Counted from the first letter of the stretch, positions 1 through 10,420 are shown. The stretch: DNA of 32,000 bases from Mesoplasma florum L1 (GCF_000008305.1 NC_006055.1:210001-242000), one strand, 5' to 3'. Notes: generated by a model not told the origin, from the sequence alone. Numbers and translations: made by a program.

Positions 1-2
1 TC

Positions 3-152
3 ACATATGGATTATATAAAAATTTATCAATAGAAGAATGCCTTCAATTTGGAGCTGCAGCAGGTGGGGCAACTGCCTTTACCGAATGATTAGGATTAAA
101 AGAAGACATTTTAAAATTAAAACAAGAAATTAAAGTTAACAAAATAAAATAG
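3..152 (+). CDS. fruK: 1-phosphofructokinase, 3' end only (truncated at window start)
   Basis: Frame 3 with TGA=Trp reads TYGYYKNLSIEECLQFGAAAGGATAFTEWLGLKEDILKLKQEIKVNKIK*. This looks like a PfkB-family C-terminus (FGAAAGGATA) and lies directly upstream of fruA. Confidence 0.72.
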
Positions 153-161
153 GAGATAAAT

Positions 162-2309
162 ATGGAATTAAAAGATTTATTTAAATCTAAAGTTTCAGTC
201 TTCAAAGCAGATTTAAAAACAAAAGAAGAAGTTATTAATTTTTTAGTTGATAAATTATCATCAGAAAAAATGATAGCTAATAAAAAAACTTTTAAAGATG
301 CGATTTTAAAAAGAGAAAGCGAAGCATCAACAGGTATGGGTGATGGAATTGGTATTCCTCATGCAATTAACAACACAGTTAAAGAACCTTGTATTGCTTT
401 TGTAAGTTTAAAATCACCAATAGACTGACAAAGTTTAGATAACAAACCAGTAGATTTAATCTTTATGATTGCTACAAATGATGAAAAAGGAGAAGCTCAC
501 TTAGGTGCTTTAGCTGATTTATCAAAATTCTTAATGAAACCTGAATTTCAAGAAGCATTAAGAAAAGCAAAAACTTTTAAAGATCTTTCAAAAGCTTTTG
601 ATAATAAAGTTGAAACAAAAAAAGTGGAAGCAAAAAATGGTAAATATGATGTGATTGGTATTACAGCATGTCCAACTGGTATTGCTCACACATACTTAGC
701 AGAAGAAAAATTAATTGAATATGCTACAGAATTAGGATTAAGTGTAAAAATTGAAACTCAAGGACGTAGAGGAACTGAAAACAAATTAACTCAAGAAGAT
801 GTTGACAATGCAAAAGTAATTATTTTAGCACATGACAAAAACTTACAAGGAATGGGTAGATTTGGTGGTAAACAAGTAATTGATACAACTACTAAAGATG
901 CAATTTTTAATGGAAAACAATTAATTCAAGAATTTGGTAAAACAGAAAAAACTACTACAGCAAAAGCTGTATCTTCAAAAGATGATGAAGTAAGTGATGA
1001 TTTTTCATTGAAAAAATTTGCTCAAGTTAAAGGAAACTTACTTGCGGGTGTTTCAAGAATGTTACCATTTGTCGTTGCAGGAGGAATTATATTAGGAATT
1101 GGATTCTTGATTGATTTTGCTGCAGGAAACGGAAATGTTCCAGGAATGACTGGCGCAACATTTGATTATTGATTTAATAATATATATGACAAAACTAAAG
1201 TTGATGTATTAACAGAATGAACCAATTGATGAATGGGAAATTTTGGAACACATAGTGAAGTTGCTGGTTGATTCTCAGCAATAGGTAAAACAGGTATGAT
1301 GATGATGGTTCCTGTTTTAGCAGCATATATTTCATATACAATCGTTGGACCTCAAGGATTAATGCCTGGGTTTATAGCAGGTATATTAGCTGATGGTACA
1401 GGTGGTTTTGCATATGCTGGAGACAAATTTGGGTGATCAGGTTTATGAACACGACTAATACCAGCTGATATCCCTATGCAATCAGGATTTATTGGTGGTA
1501 TGGTTGGTGCATATGTAGCAGCCTTAATTGTATTTGGTTTAACAATAGGATTCAAAAAATTTAAAAAATCTTTCCATGGAGTAAGAGACATAGTATTAAT
1601 TCCAGTGTTATCTCTTTTAGGTATTTCTTTAGCAATGTTCGCATTAAATATACCTTTAGGATATACAATGTATGGATTACAACAATTTTTAAAATTGTTA
1701 GCTGATCAAAACTTATTAATATTATTAGGAGCAATCCTTGGATTAATGATGTGTATTGATATGGGTGGACCAATTAATAAAATTGCTTATGTTACAGGAA
1801 CACTTTCAGTTTCAGGTGGATTAGGTAATGATCCACTTATAACTGTTACTATGGCAGCAGCAATGGCTGGAGGAATGATTCCACCTTTAGGAATAGCATT
1901 ATGTACAGTAACTTTTAGAAAAGCTTGAACAACAAAAGAAAAAGATTCAGCAAAAGCTAACTGATTAATGGGTGCATTCTTTATTTCAGAAGGAGCAATA
2001 CCATTTATGGTTACAGATCCAAAAAGAATTTCAGTTTCAGCAATGGCTGGTGGTACAATCACCGGATTAATTGTTGGAGGATGTAAAATAACATTAGGTG
2101 CACCACACGGTGGTATAGCTGTATTCCCATTATTAAAATCAGGATTACTTGGAACAAGCCCTGAACAAATGAATTCAGGAGCAGCAATTGGTTTAGGTGT
2201 AGGATTATACATCTTAGCAATCGTTGTTGGTACTTTAGTTATGGCAACAATCTTAGGATTCTGAAAAACTTATGATATTAAAAAAGGTAAACTAGTTATT
2301 GCCAATTAA
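162..2309 (+). CDS. fruA: PTS fructose transporter subunit IIABC
   Basis: Frame is continuous when TGA=Trp (ORFs 162..428, 465..1172, 1476..1928, 1968..2264 share a frame). IIA domain has GIGIPHA, IIB has the CPTGIAHTYLAEE phosphorylation-site motif, followed by a polytopic IIC. RBS aggag upstream. Confidence 0.95.
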
Positions 2310-2317
2310 TATTAAAT

Positions 2318-2346
2318 AAAAACCTTATTTATTTAAGGTTTTTTTG
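2318..2346 (+). terminator. Rho-independent terminator after fruA
   Basis: AAAAACCTTA-TTTATT-TAAGGTTTTT perfect 10-bp stem followed by T-run. Confidence 0.8.
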
Positions 2347-2438
2347 TTTCCAAAAATATATAAATTTTTTTTCAAGGAGTAAAATAATTAATAAATGAGA
2401 GAAAAACAAATCAATAGAAAGAAAAAAAGGTTATATTT

Positions 2439-3734
2439 ATGGATTTAAAAACACCTATAGTTGAGTTATCTAATGTTTCAAAAATTTATAATAAACAAAT
2501 TTGAGCATTAAAGAAAATTGATTTAAAAATATATAGAGGTGAGTGTGTTTCACTTTTAGGCTCAAATGGTAGTGGTAAAACAACATTATTAAGAATTATA
2601 GGAAATAACTTAAAAAATACAACAGGAACTATTAATTATAATTTAGAAGAAGAAAACATTTTAAAAGGAATTGGATTACAAAAAAGAGAGCAAGCTTGAC
2701 CAAATGGTTTTAAGGTTAAAGATATAAACGACTTATGAATAAGAATATATGATGTTAATGATCTAGAATGAATTAATAAATTAAAAGATGTTTTTGGTGT
2801 GAATGAAGTTGAAGAAAAATATTTAAACAAACTTTCAATAGTTAAATTACAGATTTATGCAATATTTTTATCTTTTATTTCAAAACCTGAATTAGTTTTA
2901 ATTGATGAATTATCATCTGATATCGATTTTAAATATGAAGAAAAAATAACTAATTTCTTTAAAGAATACTTAGAAGAGGGAAATACCCTAATTTTAAATA
3001 GTCCAAGTTATTATTTTTTAGAAAACTTAACTGATAGAGTTGTTTATTTAAATGATGGTGAAATCTTTGAAGACCTATCTATTAAAGAAGTTAAAAAAGA
3101 ATATAAATCTGTAATGGAGTATACTAAAGCAATTTTTAAAGAAGAATTAGTGGTTGAGAAAAAAATTAAAAATAAAAGTAAGTTTTTCTCAACAATGATT
3201 TCTAAAACTGAAGGTTACTCAAATGTATTACAAGCAATCATTGAGCAATTAGAAGCTCAAGAAAACTGCAATGAAAAGGTTTTAAGCAGATTAAAAGAAG
3301 TTTATTTTAGTATTTTAGATTTAAACACAAGTATAGATAATTTATCAGTTTCTTACATAAATGCTGATTCGATTAAAATAATATCTAAAAAGATAAAATT
3401 AACTATGAAGTTGATTAATAAATTGACTATAAATTACAGATATAAAAAATATCATAAAACATTAAGTGGCATTGAAAAGTTTTTAAGTAAGGAATTGAAA
3501 AGAACTTTTGCAAATGACAAGGTTATTGTAAATGGTGATGTTTTAAGTATAACTATGTCTCAATCAGAAAAAAAACAATTAGAAAAACTTAAAGAAAAAT
3601 ACATTAAAGAAGAACAAAAAATTATAAGAAGAAAAATTCTTAAACAACAATTTAAAAAACAAAAAGATATGAAATCAAAAAATAATCCGGTTCAAGAATC
3701 TTTAAAAGAGGTTACAACTGATGAAAACAAATAA
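2439..3734 (+). CDS. ABC transporter ATP-binding protein with C-terminal extension
   Basis: Starts MDLKTPIVELSNVSKIYNKQIWALKKIDLKIYRGECVSLLGSNGSGKTTLLRI (Walker A). Walker B LVLIDEL present. Continuous with ORF 2799..3734 once TGA is read as Trp. Confidence 0.85.
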
Positions 3735-4737
3735 AAATTTCAAAATCTTTTTAAGATTAATGAAAGCACAAACTTTTAATTATATAACTGATCCAATTAA
3801 TATAATTTTAGGTTTTGTTTTAACAACAGTTACAATGTTATGTTGATTGGCTTTTAAACCGCATGATGCAGAATCTGGATTATTAGCAGATAGTTTCGTT
3901 TTAGCTTCAGCAATTGGTATTTCAGCAATTAGAAATTCTCAATATAATTTAAACTTAACATTAGCTGATTGACGTGAAACTAGATTTATAAGAAATCTTT
4001 TAACAACACCTGTTTCAAAAAAAGTTTTATATGCGTCAATATTATGTTTCAACTGAATAGTAAATATATTAGTAACTATTATTTTGATTTCTTTAGCTAT
4101 GCTTTTTAGTTCACAAAGAAAAGTGATTTCAAATGTTCAATGAACACCATTTTTAATTGGTTTTATTCTAAATATTTTTCTTTCAAATGTTATTGCCTTG
4201 TTTTTATCAACAACCTTTAAAAATAAAGAATATGTTTTTATAATTTCTTTATTATCATATTTTGGACCTATGTACTTGTTGGGTTTAGGTATACCTTGGA
4301 ATGTTGTTGGTCAAATACCAGCGATTAATATATTAACTTACATAGCACCTCATAGATATACATTGCATCTAATGCAGGCTGCGTGAGTAGGGAATGCGTC
4401 AAATATGTCATTCCCTGGAGTTGAATCAAGTTCTTGATTAGGAGTTCATGGTTTTGGATATGGTGGGAACGGTTGATGGCTACCAGCATTAATAGCTTGT
4501 ATTTTTATATTTATATTTGCTTTTGCTTTTTACTACAGGTTAAAAAGCAATTATCAGTTTGGAACAAGAAAATATTCTAAATTTAAAGGTGTTAAAAAAC
4601 ACGCAAATAACATTGAATTAATTAAAAGAACAAATTCAATAGAAGAATTAAAAATACTTGTAGAAATAGCTGGCTTAGATTATAAAACAAAAAAAGTTAA
4701 AAAGAAAAAGCCAAGCAAGAAGCGAGGTGATAAATAA
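3721..4737 (+). CDS. ABC-2 type transporter permease
   Basis: Frame continuous with ORF 4198..4386. Multiple hydrophobic segments. Start overlaps the end of the ATPase gene. Contains PWNVVGQIPAINILTYIAPHRYTLHLMQAAW. Confidence 0.75.
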
Positions 4738-5678
4738 TGAATTTGGAAAAATTAAAAAAGGAATATAAAGTTTTCAGTATGTTATTTATCATACAAACTA
4801 AGCATTGATTTAAAAACCCACTTAATATATTTTTAGGAGTATTTATTTCTTTATACACTATATTATGTTGACTTGCATTTAAGCACAATGATCCATTTTT
4901 ATTAGTTTCTGGTATTTGTGTAGCTATGGTAAGGAATTCAATGTATATTTACCTTAGAACTATCAATGATTGAAGAGGTAAAAACTTCGTTGATAAAATG
5001 AGTATGAGCAATATTAGTAATAAAACAAAACACTTGTCATTACTGGTCTTTAATTTTATTTCAACATTTGTAATATGCTTAATAATATTTTTAATATCTA
5101 TAATATTATTTCCATCACAATTAAGTTATATTGAAAAATTAAACCCTTTAATGATGATATTTGGGTTATTAATATGTTGAGTAACATGTTATGTAATTGC
5201 TTTATTTTTATACACATTTATTAGCAATACAAAATGAACAACAATGATTGGTTTATTAATTTATTTTTCAACTATGTATTTTTTAGGTTTAGGTTTTCCA
5301 TTCCAAACAATTATTCAACAAGATTGATTAAATTATCTATTGTATTTACACCCAATGAGATATTCAATTAACATAGTACAAGCTGGATTTGTTAACGCAC
5401 CTAATTTTCACTATATCAATCCCGATATTAATATTGATGTTGATTTTGGATATGGCGAAAATGCATGATTAGCTTACTTTTTAGCACTATTAACAATTGG
5501 TGGGTATATAATTTGTTTAGTATCAAAAAGATTAATTGATTCAAATTATAAATTTAGATCCAGAAATAAAGTAAAAAGATTGAAAGCTGAATCAAAACTT
5601 TATATTAAACAAATTAACGAATCAAACGATATAGAATTTTTGAAAAGATTAAGAGAAGATAGAAGACAAAGGGATTAG
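4737..5678 (+). CDS. ABC-2 type transporter permease, paralogous to the preceding gene
   Basis: ATG overlaps preceding TAA (taATG). Contains PFQTIIQQDWLNYLLYLHPMRYSINIVQAGF and FGYGENAWLAYF, matching PWNVVGQIPAINILTYIAPHRYTLHLMQAAW and FGYGGNGWWLPA of the upstream gene. Confidence 0.75.
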
Positions 5679-5682
5679 AATA

Positions 5683-5868
5683 ATGAAATGTTATAGCACA
5701 AATTGTAAAAATGATGCAAGTGCATCATTCTCAGAAAAAGTTTTGGATGTTAATTCAACACAAAATAAATGATTAACAACAGAACCAGTTTATAAAAGAA
5801 TAACTTTATACTACTGTCATGATTGTATGCAAACAGTATTAGGAAATTTAAGAGGACAAAAAAAATAA
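5683..5868 (+). CDS. Small Cys-rich (possible zinc ribbon) protein, 61 aa, missed by the ORF track
   Basis: MKCYSTNCKNDASASFSEKVLDVNSTQNKWLTTEPVYKRITLYYCHDCMQTVLGNLRGQKK*. Has CxxxxC and CxxC pairs and starts 5 nt after the permease stop. Confidence 0.65.
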
Positions 5869-5888
5869 TCGGCAACGATTATTTTTTT
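5856..5888. terminator. Bidirectional terminator between convergent genes
   Basis: AAAAATAATCG-GCAA-CGATTATTTTTTT inverted repeat with A-run on one side and T-run on the other, between convergent stop codons. Confidence 0.85.
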
Positions 5889-6934
5889 ACTTTCATTTTT
5901 TTATTTTCAATTCTTTCAATTTCTTCTGCTAAGAATTTCATTCTAGCTTCTTTAACTAAAAGCGTATCAAACTCTTTATTAAATAACCCCATGAATGTAC
6001 CAATAATTAAGGCACCAACGAAGTTTCCTAATATAGCTGGTATGATATTGAAAGTAATAAATGCTCAAGCCATATTTGCGTGTTGAGTTGTTGGATCAGA
6101 GATAGCTCTTAATATTAACATTCAAGCACCAAATCAATTGGCTACACAGTGTTGATATCCCCCAATTGCAAAGTAGAATAGAACTAAGAAATACATAATC
6201 ATTGCTGCAACAGTGTTACCTTTTGCTGATTTAGAACCTTGAGTTGCTAAACAAATTAAGAAGTTACATAATACAGCACTTGCAAAAACATAACCTATTG
6301 TTTCAAAAATCATACCCGCTTTTAAGCTATGATTATTTGCAATGGCTTCACCAATCTCATAAAGCTTAGTTTTACCAAAAGCATTATATATATGATCAGC
6401 TAGAGCTGGACTGTGGTTTAAAGCCCCACTTAATTGAAAGATACAAGTAAATGTCATTATTCCAATTATGTTTCCAGCGTAAACTAGTCCACATGCTTTC
6501 AAGAAAATTGATCATCTTTCAACTTTTTTAAACATAGTTCTGTTATATCACATATGTGCTGTGACAAATCCTCCACCAAGAAATGATATTAATAGTATAA
6601 CACTACCAAAAATCAATCCAGTTAATATTCTAACAAGTGATTCTAAACCAGCTTTATCTTTCCCAACAAATGAGTAAGTTGCATAAGCTACCGCAACATA
6701 AACTAAACCAATTCAAATACCAGCTAGCACTCCTGCCATAAACTGCTTCATATTTGCCAACCTTAAACCATCAGATATAACTCTAAAAGTATGAATGTAT
6801 CCATAGTTATGATAAGCAACATCTTGACTATAAAGAGGAGAATAATCAACTTTTTCTAAAGTATTGATTTCTTCTTTATAAGCACTGATTTTTTGCTCAT
6901 CGGTTAAATGGGCTCTTTTTTTCCACTTCATCAT
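5879..6934 (-). CDS. Formate/nitrite transporter (FNT/FocA-like) family protein
   Basis: With TGA=Trp one frame joins ORFs 6713..6934 and 6134..6502. Contains AGVLAGI, KACGLVYAGNIIG and CNFLICLATQ (typical FNT CN-WxVCLA-like helix). RBS AGAGAAGG. Start could be 6934 or 6931. Confidence 0.8.
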
Positions 6935-7062
6935 TTATTTTATTTTCCTTCTCTAAAAATTAATTTCTATTTTAATAATACATTAATGGAATTATATTTT
7001 TTGAAATTATTTTATTTTTTATATTTTTTGTTTATATAACTATTATTATGTAAAAATTTAAA

Positions 7063-7071
7063 TGATATAAT
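7063..7071 (+). promoter_or_regulatory. Extended -10 promoter for crr
   Basis: TGATATAAT extended -10 about 40 nt upstream of the ATG at 7111. Confidence 0.6.
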
Positions 7072-7110
7072 TTTATTAGCCTAATTAAGTTTAAAAAGAG
7101 GAGAAAAATA

Positions 7111-7584
7111 ATGGGATTATTTAGTAAAAAAAATAAACTTGTTGAAATCTATGCACCAGTAGATGGTGAAGTTGTAGGATTAGATAAAGTTGAAGATGAA
7201 GTATTTAGTGGAAAAATGATGGGTGATGGTTTAGCTATCGTTCCAGCAAATGGTGATTTTGTTTCACCAATGGCTGGTGAACTAGCAAGTGTTTTCCCAA
7301 CAAAACATGCATACGGATTTAGAGAAAAATCAGGAGTTGAAGTTTTAGTTCATATCGGATTAGACACTGTTAACCTTGATGGTGAAGGATTCGAATCATT
7401 TGTTAAACAAGGAGACAAAGTAAGCCAAGGTGACCCAATGGTTAAAGTTGACTTAAAATTTGTTAAACCAAAAGTTCCTTCAATTACAACACCTATTATC
7501 GTAACTAACCCAAATGGTAAAGAAATTACTATTGTTAAAATGGGAAAAGTTAAAAAAGGTGAATTAATCGCAACTGTTGGTTAA
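7111..7584 (+). CDS. crr: PTS glucose-type EIIA (Crr)
   Basis: Contains IYAPVDGEVVGLDKVEDEVFSGKMMGDGLAI...EVLVHIGLDTVNLDGEGF, the classic EIIA-Glc motifs. RBS gaggag. Confidence 0.95.
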   Translation: MGLFSKKNKLVEIYAPVDGEVVGLDKVEDEVFSGKMMGDGLAIVPANGDFVSPMAGELASVFPTKHAYGFREKSGVEVLVHIGLDTVNLDGEGFESFVKQGDKVSQGDPMVKVDLKFVKPKVPSITTPIIVTNPNGKEITIVKMGKVKKGELIATVG

Positions 7585-7590
7585 TAATAT

Positions 7591-7619
7591 TTACAAATCA
7601 TTAATTTATTTGTTATAAT
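7591..7619 (+). promoter_or_regulatory. Promoter for infC-rpmI-rplT
   Basis: TTACAA-17 nt-TATAAT. Confidence 0.75.
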
Positions 7620-7640
7620 TTAAATGTTAAAGAAAAAGAA

Positions 7641-7740
7641 GCACAAGCTCACCACCAACTAAAGTGAAGTGGTAGAATGAAATAATATAAAAATATTATA
7701 ATGTGTGCTATCTAATTTTTTGACGGCACACATTTTATTT
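7641..7740 (+). promoter_or_regulatory. infC/rpmI/rplT 5' leader, candidate L20-type attenuator
   Basis: GCACA (7641-7645) can pair with TGTGC (7704-7708). Alternatively AATGTGTGC (7700-7708) pairs perfectly with GCACACATT (7726-7734) followed by TTATTT. Internal hairpins ACCAC/GTGGT and ATAATAT/ATATTAT. Confidence 0.65.
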
Positions 7741-7757
7741 ATCCAAAGGAGTATTAG

Positions 7758-8300
7758 ATGGATCAAAGAAGAAACAATTCAAAACCTATTAAAAACCAAG
7801 ACCCTATTAACGCTTTTATTAGAGCTAGAGAAGTTTTAATCATTGGAGACAATGGAGAAAAACTTGGACCTTTAAAAAGAAATGAAGCTATTCAATTAGC
7901 TGAAGAAAAAGGTTTAGATTTAATGCAAGTTGGTCAACAACCTGATGGTTTAGCAATTTGTAAAATTTTAGATTATGGTAAATTCAGATACCAACAACAA
8001 AAGAAAAACAAAGAAGCTAAGAAAAATCAAGTTAAGGTTGAAAATAAGGAAATTAGATTAACTGTTAATATAGGTCAACATGACTTAGTTACAAAAGCTA
8101 AAAAAGCTAGAGAGTTTTTAGAAGCTGGGGATAGAGTTAAAATTTCTTTAAAATTCAAAGGTAGAGAAATCGCATACATGGATTTAGGAAAAGAAACACT
8201 GGACAGATTCTACAAAGAAATTGAAGATATAGCTAAAATTGAAAAAGAAGCTAAGTTAACTTCAAGATTCTTAGATATGTACGTTGTGCCAAAGAAATAA
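7758..8300 (+). CDS. infC: Translation initiation factor IF-3
   Basis: INAFIRAREVLIIGDNGEKLGPLKRNEAIQLAEEKGLDLMQV; RBS aaaggag. Confidence 0.95.
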   Translation: MDQRRNNSKPIKNQDPINAFIRAREVLIIGDNGEKLGPLKRNEAIQLAEEKGLDLMQVGQQPDGLAICKILDYGKFRYQQQKKNKEAKKNQVKVENKEIRLTVNIGQHDLVTKAKKAREFLEAGDRVKISLKFKGREIAYMDLGKETLDRFYKEIEDIAKIEKEAKLTSRFLDMYVVPKK

Positions 8301-8331
8301 TTAGAAAAGTATTGAAAGGAAATTAAGTATT

Positions 8332-8526
8332 ATGCCAAAAATGAAATCAAAAAAATCATTAGCAAAAAGAGTTATTGCTAAGAAAAACGGTACTTTAAAA
8401 AGAGGTAAAGCTTACAGATCTCACCGTGCTACAGGTAAAACTACAAAACAAAAACGTCACTTAGAAAAAGCTACAATCGTTCATGTAACAGACATGAAAC
8501 GTATTAAAGGTTTATTACAAAAATAA
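8332..8526 (+). CDS. rpmI: 50S ribosomal protein L35
   Basis: [44 protein letters not shown]. Confidence 0.95.
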   Translation: MPKMKSKKSLAKRVIAKKNGTLKRGKAYRSHRATGKTTKQKRHLEKATIVHVTDMKRIKGLLQK

Positions 8527-8549
8527 GAAAGGTAAAAGGAAAATAAGTT

Positions 8550-8912
8550 ATGGCAAGAGTTAAATTTGGAAAAGTAACTAGAGCAAGAAGAAAACGTTGA
8601 ATCAAACGTGCAAAAGGTTACTATGGAACTAAACATTCTTCATATAAAAAAGCACACGAACAAGTAGTTCGTTCAATGGCTTATGCTTTTATCGGGCGTA
8701 AACAAAAGAAACGTGACTTTAGAAAATTATGAATTGTTCGTATTAATGCAGCAGTTAGACCATATGGTTTATCATACTCAAAATTTATGAACGGATTAAA
8801 ATTAGCTAACATTGATGTTAACCGTAAAATGTTATCAGAATTAGCTATTTCAAACCCAGAACAATTTAAATTATTAGTTGATGCATCAAATAAAGCATTA
8901 ACTTCAAAATAA
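8550..8912 (+). CDS. rplT: 50S ribosomal protein L20
   Basis: [100 protein letters not shown] with TGA=Trp; missing from ORF track. Confidence 0.95.
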
Positions 8913-8921
8913 TAAATTTTT

Positions 8922-9254
8922 ATGGCTAAAATAGATCAAAAATCAAATAAAGTAATCTTTACTAATGCTGAGTATACTAAAGCTTGAGAAAACTGCCCAA
9001 TTATACAAAATAGGGATAGAAAAGACTTTAGACTTTGCTATATTTGTAAATATCCAATGGAATTTAAAATAAATGAAAATATGAGTAATGATGAAACTGC
9101 TTGAGTAATTGATTTAATAAATATTAAAAAACCAGTTCTTGAAATTGACAACTATATTGGCGTTCATGCTAATTGTGTTCAAAACAGAACTAAAAAGAAT
9201 GCAACTAAACTAATCAAAAGAATTAAAATGGTTGGTTGAATGGCACCTGAATAA
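8922..9254 (+). CDS. Uncharacterised small CxxC/HxxC protein, 110 aa
   Basis: MAKIDQKSNKVIFTNAEYTKAWENCPIIQNRDRKDFRLCYICKYPMEFKINENMSNDETAWVIDLINIKKPVLEIDNYIGVHANCVQNRTKKNATKLIKRIKMVGWMAPE*. 9 nt after rplT and before a terminator. Confidence 0.65.
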
Positions 9255-9261
9255 TATAATT

Positions 9262-9281
9262 AGATGCTTAGGCATCTTTTT
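9262..9281 (+). terminator. Terminator at the end of the infC-rpmI-rplT operon
   Basis: AGATGC-TTAG-GCATCT followed by TTTTT. Confidence 0.75.
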
Positions 9282-9317
9282 TTATATTTTTATATAAAAA
9301 AAAATAAACCGTGAAGT

Positions 9318-10328
9318 TTATTTTCTATATCAATTAATACCTAATTTATTTTGTACTTTATTTACTTTTTTAATAGCAACTTTTTTAGCTTTTAATGAAC
9401 CTAGTTCAAGCACTTCTTTTATATAATCACCTTTTATTATTTCATTGTATTTTTCCTGAATTGGAGTTATTACTTCTAACAATGCTTCTGTAACATCGTC
9501 TTTTAAGTCTTTATAATTTTTACCATCTCATTTTTTTTGGCATTCTTCTATTGAAACGTTTTTGATTATTGAATAAATATTCATTAAATTTGAAACACCT
9601 GGTTTATTAATTGGGTCATATTTTATTAAATTTTCACTATCAGTAACTGCTGATTTAATTTTATTAGCAATTTCAGCTGGTGAATCAAGCATTTTAATAA
9701 CAGCTTTAGGATTTTCACTAGACTTACTCATTTTTTTGGTTGGGTCTTGCAAGTCCATAATTTTAATATTACCTTTTGTTAAAATAGGTTCTGGTACAAC
9801 GTGCATTTCACCGTACTTATTGTTCATTCTTGTTGCTATATCTCTAGCTAACTCTAAGTGTTGTTTTTGATCAACACCAACAGGAACAAATTTTGGATCA
9901 TAAAGTAATATATCAGCAGCCATTAAACAAGGATAAGTAAATAAACCTGCTGGAATAGAAACATTGTCACCATTACTTTCTTTAGCTGATTTATCTTTGA
10001 ATTGTGTCATTCTTGATAATTCACCCATTGTTGATTGAGTTGTAAGAATTCAACCTAATTGAGAATGTTCAACAACATCAGATTGTAAGAAAAGAGTCAT
10101 CTTTTCAGGGTCTAATCCACAAGCAATGTACAATGCTGTCATTTCCTTTGTTTTAATTTTTAACTGATTTGGATCTTTTGGTATTGTTATTGCATGTAAA
10201 TTTGCAACAAAAACAAATAAATCATATTCATTTTGATACTCAATTAAATTTTTAACAACACCTAAATAGTTTCCTAAACTCATTGAATCACTTGGTGTTA
10301 TCCCAGTTATCATTCTTTCTTTTTGCAT
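9318..10328 (-). CDS. trpS: Tryptophanyl-tRNA synthetase
   Basis: MQKERMITGITPSDSMSLGNYLGVVKN and KMSKSSENP motifs. RBS AGTGAGGA upstream of the ATG at 10328. TGA=Trp joins 9528..10028 and 10050..10370. Confidence 0.93.
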
Positions 10329-10386
10329 TCTTATCTTCCTCACTTTTACATATAATATTATATCAAACATATATAACCTAATAATT

Positions 10387-10394
10387 GATATAAT
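10387..10394 (+). promoter_or_regulatory. Extended -10 promoter for nadK/rsmD/gmk/rsmB
   Basis: TTGATATAAT (TG-N-TATAAT) about 27 nt upstream of the nadK ATG. Confidence 0.5.
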
Positions 10395-10420
10395 TATTTT
10401 ACATTAACTTGAGGTGCAAA

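Noticed and set aside
1352-1591. Minus-strand ORF inside fruA (also 1561..1773 plus-strand alternate frame and 1787..2212 minus)
   Set aside because: Antisense or out-of-frame to a well-supported PTS gene. Composition reflects the mirrored codon pattern of fruA and no RBS or family motif was seen.
2636-2830. Minus-strand ORF within the ABC ATPase gene
   Set aside because: Antisense to a convincing CDS, no supporting signals.
4697-4888. Minus-strand 63-aa ORF over the permease junction
   Set aside because: Antisense to two coupled permease genes; no start context.
5823-6086. Plus-strand 87-aa ORF over the FNT gene 3' end
   Set aside because: Spans the bidirectional terminator and is antisense to the FNT gene; likely spurious.
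10050-10370. Upstream start of trpS at 10370 (MFDIILYVKVRKIR...)
   Set aside because: The first 14 residues lack a RBS and do not resemble TrpRS. ATG at 10328 has AGTGAGGA upstream.
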